A stretch of 64,000 bases of DNA. It comes from a virus. The DNA lies in IMG/VR virus record IMGVR_UViG_3300047476_000972, positions 1-64,000 of that record; one strand, written 5' to 3'. The notes beneath the pieces are model-generated. The model did not search any database. It had not been told where the DNA came from and saw nothing but the letters and a program-made list of their open reading frames with translations. Position numbers and translations under genes: made by a program. Each line of letters starts with the position of its first letter. Position 1 is the stretch's first letter. Of the stretch, positions 58,531 to 64,000 are shown in pieces.

Positions 58531-61449
58531 TTAGGCGGTCAAGTCGCCGTATACCAGCCATGTGTTAGAGGCACGCTTTAATAGTGTAGCAGATGACCAG
58601 CGGGTCCTTAGCTTTAGACCCGGGGTAGCGTTTACAGTAACTCCGACCGCGCCCTCAATTGTGACTTGACCTGTATTGGTCTGAATAATGTCCAGAGTGG
58701 TTCCAACTGGATAGTCCACGGTCGAGTCTGCAGGAATTGTTAGTGTGGTTGCCGAGGTCTTGCTGATCTCTATGATGGTATCACGCTCATTGAGATTAGA
58801 CAGAGTATATGAGTCAGTCTTAGCTGAGATGGTCGTGATAGATGGAACACCTTGCTTAGTCTGAGCTCCGTCAGTGAATGCAACTCCAGATGCTCCTACG
58901 GTGACAGTTCCTGTGAATGTAGGATCTGCAGTCGGGGCCTTGGCGTCAATCTGAGTCTGAATTGCTGAAGTAACACCATTCAAGTACTGAAGTTCTGTGT
59001 TTGACACATCTCCAATAGTTGCCGATTCAGCGGTGAGCGAGTCAACCGCGATCGAAGCTAGAGCGAAGCTAGAGTGGGCAGTGTTGATAAAGACTGATTC
59101 GTCTGGCTCTGGTGTGTAGCCGTCGAAAATCTTAAATACTCCATCACTAGCATCCCTAAACATACCAGCGTGAGCATATCCAGCACCATTTACTGTGTCG
59201 TAACGACCAGCAGCCCAACCTAGGTCAGGGTTGAAGTGGACCTTGCCTCGCGCGGTTCCACCGCTAGTGTAGGTATCGGTTACGGTGCTAGTTACTGTGA
59301 AGGTAGTACTGGTTACAGCCGTAATCTCTAGGCCGTCACCAGAAATGTTGAATGAAGATGGAGTCACGCCTGTTACAGTTACATAGTCTCCGGCCTCGTA
59401 ACCGTGGGCAGCTTGAGTTGTATATACAACTTCGGTACCGCTACCAACAGCATTGGTGATGGTGCTCATGCCCGCTTGGTTGAGGTAGATCATGTTGTCG
59501 CGTAGCTTTAGGTCAGCTGCACTAACGGTTGTAGTAGTTCCTTGAACTACTAGGTTTCCAGTAATGGTTAGACCTGGAATCTCTACTGACCCAGTGAAAG
59601 TTGCCCCAGAAAGCCCAGCCTTTGCATCTAGCTGAGTCTGAATGGCACTAGTCACGCCGTTTACGTAACCAATCTCCGTTGAAGAAACATCGCCAATTGA
59701 GGTAGTCGATGGAAGTGAAATTGTTCCACTGAATGTTGCATCTGCAGTCGGTGCCTTTAGATCCAAAGCACTCTGAGTATCGGTGGAAATTGGCTTGTCC
59801 GCATCGGCGGTGTTGTCTACGTTTCCAAGGCCAACCATGCCCTTAGTAATTCCAGAAACAGTGCCGGTGAAAGTAGGGCTTTCAGTTGGAGCTTTGTCGT
59901 TCAGCTGAGTCTGGATTGCGCTAGTTACGCCATCTACATAGTTTAGTTCTGTAGTAGTGGCAGTAATTCCGTCTAGAGTGTTTAGCTCAGAAGTGGAGGC
60001 TGTGATACCGCTTAGAGTGTTGAGCTCTGAAGTAGACGCCGTGATGCCGTTCAAAGTATTTAGCTCTGAGGTGGTCGCGGTAATTCCGTCTAGAGTGTTA
60101 ATCTCTGCAGCTGTAGCTGTAACGCCATTTAGGATGTTTAGCTCTGCTGTAGTGGAGGTAATTCCGTCCAATACGTTAAGCTCTGCGGCCGAAGCCGTAA
60201 TCCCATCAAGGGTGTTTAGCTCCGCTGTCGTTGCTGTAATACCATCCAAAACATTTAGCTCTGAGCTCGAAACTGTAATACCGCTCAAGGTGTTTAGCTC
60301 AGTAGTTGAGATAACGACTCCATCTAGAACATTTAGTTCAGTGGCGTTAGCTGTAAGACCAGCGATGTTCAAGATGTCGGCTGCAGTTACAGTTCCAATA
60401 GTTGTTGATGATGGTAGCGACACGTTACCAGTAAAGGTAGGACCGTCTAAGTACGCTAGGTTAGCTGTATCAGAAATACCGTGCACCGAAGTAGTGTCAG
60501 AGTTATGGGTAGTAATAGCGGAAGATACGTCAGTTAGATACGCCAAATCTTCAGTATTGGTGATACCGTGAATATTTGTAGATACGTTGTGATCGGTGAT
60601 TGCATTATCAGCGTATGTTTCATATGCAGTCGTTAGGCTTGAGGTCAGGGATGCAATCTCAGATGAGGTTGTTCCTGCGTAGTCAAGAGAAGTCCAGGCT
60701 GTTACACCGTTTCCAATCTTAAACTTGCCAGTATTGCTTTCTAGAGCAAATACGTTTGCCGATACAACTGGGTTTGTGTTAGTCCAGTTAGTAGAAGTAT
60801 TGATCTCTAGAGTGGCTTTAGTGCCAATAGAAGTCGTGATGGTCGAAGCAAAGTTCGGGTCATCACCTAGTGCAGCAGCCAGCTCGTTCAACGTGTTTAG
60901 TGTCGTTGGAGAAGAGTCAATCAGGTTAGCAATTGCAGTGTCAGTGTATGAATTAGCAGCTGATTCTGCTGAGTCTGCCTTTGACTGAGCACCAGTCTGA
61001 GTTTCTAATTCGCTCGTATCTGCGATTCCATGAACGCTTGTAGTGTCTGCGTTGTGGTTATATACAGAGGTGTCTGTGTAATCTTTTACTTCGATTTCTA
61101 AAGCATCCACCTTCGACTGAGCGCCAGTCTGGGTCTCGAGAGCAGATGTGTCAGCGATTCCGTGAACGTTGGTGGTGTCTGAGGCATGGGTTGAAAGATC
61201 GCTAGAGGAGGCCTTTGCATCTAGCTGAGTTTGAATAGCAGAGGTAACACCGTCTAGATAGCCGATCTCGGTATCAGAAACTCCGGTCACTGCACCGACA
61301 TATGGAAGTGACGTCCACGCTGTTGAACCATTACCTACTTTAACCTTGCCAGTATCGGTCTCAAATGCGAGCTCGCCTACGGAAAGAGTAGGGTTAGTAG
61401 AGGTCCAGTTAGCCGCTGTACCGCGACGTATTTGAATTTTAACTGCCAT
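58531..61449 (-). CDS. Long fibre protein with Mtd-N/hyaluronidase-N-like domain and 13-aa repeats
   Basis: IQIRRGTAANWTSTNPTL..GE..ETDTGK.K.GNG...W..L (repeated internally); LNTLNELAAALGDD.NFA; C-terminal ATLLKRASNTWLVYGDL. Confidence 0.8.
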   Translation of the reverse strand: MAVKIQIRRGTAANWTSTNPTLSVGELAFETDTGKVKVGNGSTAWTSLPYVGAVTGVSDTEIGYLDGVTSAIQTQLDAKASSSDLSTHASDTTNVHGIADTSALETQTGAQSKVDALEIEVKDYTDTSVYNHNADTTSVHGIADTSELETQTGAQSKADSAESAANSYTDTAIANLIDSSPTTLNTLNELAAALGDDPNFASTITTSIGTKATLEINTSTNWTNTNPVVSANVFALESNTGKFKIGNGVTAWTSLDYAGTTSSEIASLTSSLTTAYETYADNAITDHNVSTNIHGITNTEDLAYLTDVSSAITTHNSDTTSVHGISDTANLAYLDGPTFTGNVSLPSSTTIGTVTAADILNIAGLTANATELNVLDGVVISTTELNTLSGITVSSSELNVLDGITATTAELNTLDGITASAAELNVLDGITSTTAELNILNGVTATAAEINTLDGITATTSELNTLNGITASTSELNTLSGITASTSELNTLDGITATTTELNYVDGVTSAIQTQLNDKAPTESPTFTGTVSGITKGMVGLGNVDNTADADKPISTDTQSALDLKAPTADATFSGTISLPSTTSIGDVSSTEIGYVNGVTSAIQTQLDAKAGLSGATFTGSVEIPGLTITGNLVVQGTTTTVSAADLKLRDNMIYLNQAGMSTITNAVGSGTEVVYTTQAAHGYEAGDYVTVTGVTPSSFNISGDGLEITAVTSTTFTVTSTVTDTYTSGGTARGKVHFNPDLGWAAGRYDTVNGAGYAHAGMFRDASDGVFKIFDGYTPEPDESVFINTAHSSFALASIAVDSLTAESATIGDVSNTELQYLNGVTSAIQTQIDAKAPTADPTFTGTVTVGASGVAFTDGAQTKQGVPSITTISAKTDSYTLSNLNERDTIIEISKTSATTLTIPADSTVDYPVGTTLDIIQTNTGQVTIEGAVGVTVNATPGLKLRTRWSSATLLKRASNTWLVYGDLTA
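59929..60339 (-). repeat. 11 tandem 39-bp / 13-aa repeats (ELNxLxGITAxxx)
   Basis: ELNVLDG, ELNTLSG, ELNVLDG, ELNTLDG, ELNVLDG, ELNILNG, EINTLDG, ELNTLNG, ELNTLSG, ELNTLDG, ELNYVDG at exact 39-nt spacing. Confidence 0.85.
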
Positions 61450-61850
61450 TAGAAGCTACTTTCGTTTCCACCGTCATATACCGACACAAATAGCGTGGTG
61501 TTGTGAAGTCCACCATCTATTGTACCAGTAAAATCGGTTGTATTGTATGATCCGCCGTCCCCTGTGATTAGCCCAAAGTTGGCCAGCATGTCAATAAAAT
61601 TGACGTTAACCCATTTGCTAGTGCTACCGTCATATATAAGTGTCTGCCCATTGATTGGGTCAGTTAGTGTCGCGTCTGTTAGCTCGGATAGTGCCGACGC
61701 GCCACTCCCCTGGGATGCTACCCACGAGCTACCGTTGTGTACATAGATCGCTTGCTCGTCTAGTTTGTAAAAGAGATCGCCAGCAGAGCCTACCGACGGG
61801 AGGGTTGCTCCCGACGGTAGACCAACTGGTGTTAAAAACCTTCTAGACAA
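61449..61850 (-). CDS. Small fibre-associated structural protein
   Basis: GDLFYK....IYVHNGSSW; LSELTD......GQTLIYD....KWVN; DGG repeats. Confidence 0.65.
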   Translation of the reverse strand: MSRRFLTPVGLPSGATLPSVGSAGDLFYKLDEQAIYVHNGSSWVASQGSGASALSELTDATLTDPINGQTLIYDGSTSKWVNVNFIDMLANFGLITGDGGSYNTTDFTGTIDGGLHNTTLFVSVYDGGNESSF

Positions 61851-61875
61851 GTTCTATCCTCGGTAGATTGTGAAA

Positions 61876-63540
61876 CTAGCCTACAACAACAACGCGGTAT
61901 GAATCAGCACTAACATCCCCAGAAACCCATGAAAGAGTAACTACTGAGGTGCTGGTGCGAACTACATCTACCTCGACTTGGTCGTAACTTACTGCATCAA
62001 AGACCTGTACAGTTACGTCGCGAGTTCCCAGACCGTGAGTCACGGTCCAAGTTACTGAACCTGAGGTTGCGGTTAGGGCTGAGTTGTTTACAGCGTACTT
62101 AGTTGTAGGTGCTGCAGCGGTAATTGCATCCGCGATCTCGGTATCTACGTATTGCTTGGTAGCTGCGTGTAGGTTGCTAGATGGGTCGGCGTGTAGAGTT
62201 AGGGCACCGGTCATGGTGTCGCCAGACTTAGCTACCTTTTCGCCAATTGAGGTGGTGATGGTTGTAGCGAAGCTAGCGTCATCGTTAATCGCAGCAGCGA
62301 GCTCGTTAAGAGTGTCTAGTAGTGCTGGAGCACCGTCTACTAGATCTGAAACTGCAGTAGCGATTCGATCAGTAATGGTGTTGCCAGTTGAACCATTTAC
62401 AGTGGCGTCACCAATGTACTGGTCAAGCTTGCCTTGAGTGACAATCTCATTGGTAGAGGTGGCTGATCCCTTGTAAACACTACCATCAGCGTTAAGGATG
62501 ATGTCACCGCTGTTTGATTCGAGTGACAAATCACCAGATGCCTCTAGTACAAGAGCACCAGCAGTATCTGCCACCTGAGAGCCGTTGACACCGAACTCGA
62601 GGGCTCCATCGATAGTCTTGTTGCTGAGTGTCTGAATATCTGAGGTGCCAACAATGTCACCAGTCACACCGTGTGTTGAGGTGTCTGAAATGTGTGTGGT
62701 TAGGTCACCAGCAACTGTAGATGCTGCACCTGCAGCGTCATACCAAGTGTCAACTGTGGTGCGGTCAATCTGAATTTGGCCGGTAGCAATTTCAAGACCG
62801 CCGCTAGTAGCAAGGTCAGCCGAGATTGTTCCAGTCGAGTAAGTGATACCGTCGCCGCCTGATAGGTGGCTATCTACTAGGCTGTCTGCGTAGTACTTGT
62901 TAGTAGTACCTTCAGTTAGATCATCCGTAGTCGAGTCAGCAACGCCATTCTCAGCTGTGATTGTTAGACCAGCGCCGTTACCTGTAATGGTTATGTTGGT
63001 TAGAGTTGCGCCAGTTAGAAGCTCGGCAGCATCGGTCTTTGCACGTGACTCGGTGTAGTAAAGGTTAGTTACACCTTCTTCGATGTCGTCGGTATCTAGC
63101 CCGTTGATAGCTGTGTCGGTGTAGCTATTTGCGTTAGTTTCGGCTGTTGAAGCCGCGCCAGCCGCATCGTAGTTAGTAGCAAGGCTGTCAGCGTAGGATT
63201 CTGCGTTCGCCTGGGCAGTCGATGCGGCACCTGCAGCGTCATACGCTGATGCAGTTGCATCTAGTGCACGCTGGTTGGTGAAATAAAGATTACTTACGCC
63301 CTCTTCGATGTCATCAGTATCCAATGCATCAATTGCATTGTTGATCGCTTCGGTAACGTTACCGCCAGCAGCTAGCGCAAGCCAGTCTGTACCATTCCAA
63401 ACGGTTAGCTGGTTAGTGTCAGTGTCGTAGTAGATCTGACCAGATACTGGGCTTGATGGTGGGGTGGATAGGTTTTGAATTCTTGCATTGAGAAGCTCAT
63501 TCTTATTAAGATTGAGCCCCGTGAGGAACTGCTTAGCCAT
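61876..63540 (-). CDS. Fibre / virion structural protein
   Basis: P.SP..GQIYYDT; TDDIEEG..NLY.T repeats; LDTLNELAAAINDD; GDTMTG.L.L..DP....HAATKQYVD; TH.LGTRDV.VQV. Confidence 0.75.
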   Translation of the reverse strand: MAKQFLTGLNLNKNELLNARIQNLSTPPSSPVSGQIYYDTDTNQLTVWNGTDWLALAAGGNVTEAINNAIDALDTDDIEEGVSNLYFTNQRALDATASAYDAAGAASTAQANAESYADSLATNYDAAGAASTAETNANSYTDTAINGLDTDDIEEGVTNLYYTESRAKTDAAELLTGATLTNITITGNGAGLTITAENGVADSTTDDLTEGTTNKYYADSLVDSHLSGGDGITYSTGTISADLATSGGLEIATGQIQIDRTTVDTWYDAAGAASTVAGDLTTHISDTSTHGVTGDIVGTSDIQTLSNKTIDGALEFGVNGSQVADTAGALVLEASGDLSLESNSGDIILNADGSVYKGSATSTNEIVTQGKLDQYIGDATVNGSTGNTITDRIATAVSDLVDGAPALLDTLNELAAAINDDASFATTITTSIGEKVAKSGDTMTGALTLHADPSSNLHAATKQYVDTEIADAITAAAPTTKYAVNNSALTATSGSVTWTVTHGLGTRDVTVQVFDAVSYDQVEVDVVRTSTSVVTLSWVSGDVSADSYRVVVVG

Positions 63541-63552
63541 TTTTTTTCTTTC

Positions 63553-63870
63553 TTATGAGAGATGAGCCGTCCCAGCAAGTGCGCTGGAGAAGGTTATTGT
63601 TAGGGTTGTTTCGTTGGTATGTGTTACGTTCCCCTCTACCTGATCGCCAGCACTATTGAATACTGTGACGTTAGGGTAGAAGTTAAGATTGTGATTTATA
63701 GTCCATGTACTAAGAGGTGCGTTTTGAAGGTGGCGGTAAGACACTAGATCAACTATGTTTTCAGCTTGAACACCGTCAGCACCTGCCGGTCCCTGTGGGC
63801 CGGGGGCGGTGACAACTATCTGCCTAACATAGCGTCCAGTAGTGATACTGCTTGGAACGTCTCCAGCCAC
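63553..63870 (-). CDS. Small structural protein with short GPQGP segment
   Basis: PGPQGPAG; W.I.HNL.FYP.V.V. Confidence 0.65.
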   Translation of the reverse strand: MAGDVPSSITTGRYVRQIVVTAPGPQGPAGADGVQAENIVDLVSYRHLQNAPLSTWTINHNLNFYPNVTVFNSAGDQVEGNVTHTNETTLTITFSSALAGTAHLS

Positions 63871-63998
63871 TATCTAGTCACCTCCGACCTAACTACAAAA
63901 TTGCCTTGTATTAATTTGTATATGTATAGAGTGTTAGAAGGAGCTATTAGTTCTAAGTCATATACATACTTGTCTTCTGGAATCGTAGTCATAACTTC
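63870..63998 (-). CDS. 3' end of a fibre adaptor protein, paralog of 50696..51058 (truncated by window edge)
   Basis: Reads EVMTTIPEDKYVYDLELIAPSNTLYIYKLIQGNFVVRSEVTR*; the TAG overlaps the next GTG. Confidence 0.7.
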   Translation of the reverse strand, partial: EVMTTIPEDKYVYDLELIAPSNTLYIYKLIQGNFVVRSEVTR

Positions 63999-64000
63999 GT

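Noticed and set aside
58531-61449. Diversity-generating retroelement suggested by the Mtd-N-like domain
   Set aside because: No reverse transcriptase and no template/variable repeat pair is visible in this window. The domain is a common fibre N-terminus.

Overview
This window is a 64-kb internal segment of a large tailed dsDNA phage, most likely infecting an actinobacterium. The evidence is a WhiB gene, an MSMEG_6728-like glycosylase, leaderless-type promoters and an actinophage-like head/tail and replication gene order. Portal, terminase and endolysin are not visible, and both window ends cut through genes. Layout: (1) 1-27.8 kb, + strand: a giant acidic head-region protein, a tandem ArdC/metallopeptidase ORF, a 1501-aa maturation protease, two capsid proteins and a long non-contractile tail module; (2) 27.9-37.5 kb, + strand: PolA, RuvC-like, SNF2 helicase, Cas4-like nuclease, Sak4-like ATPase, DUF669-type SSB, WhiB; (3) 37.5-45.1 kb: glycosyltransferases, a metallophosphoesterase and a prim-pol/SF3 helicase; (4) 45.1-64 kb, - strand: fibre and collagen genes flanking seven 2OG-Fe(II) oxygenases and two DUF6065-like genes. 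Two candidate undescribed systems stand out. System A is a Gag-Pol-like head polyprotein. The giant protein is divided by a recurring G-[LF]-D-Q motif (8 copies across the two frames). A canonical -1 slippery heptamer (C_CCA_AAA) with a 7-bp GC-rich hairpin appears to fuse it to two ArdC-N/zincin metallopeptidase units. System B is a candidate virion-protein modification pathway. An FN3 protein ending in a 63-residue (P)P[FY]F repeat sits directly upstream of the largely coupled oxygenase cluster, with Gly-Pro-Thr collagen genes downstream and GT2-TPR glycosyltransferases nearby. All product calls come from motif recognition by eye; no database search was run.
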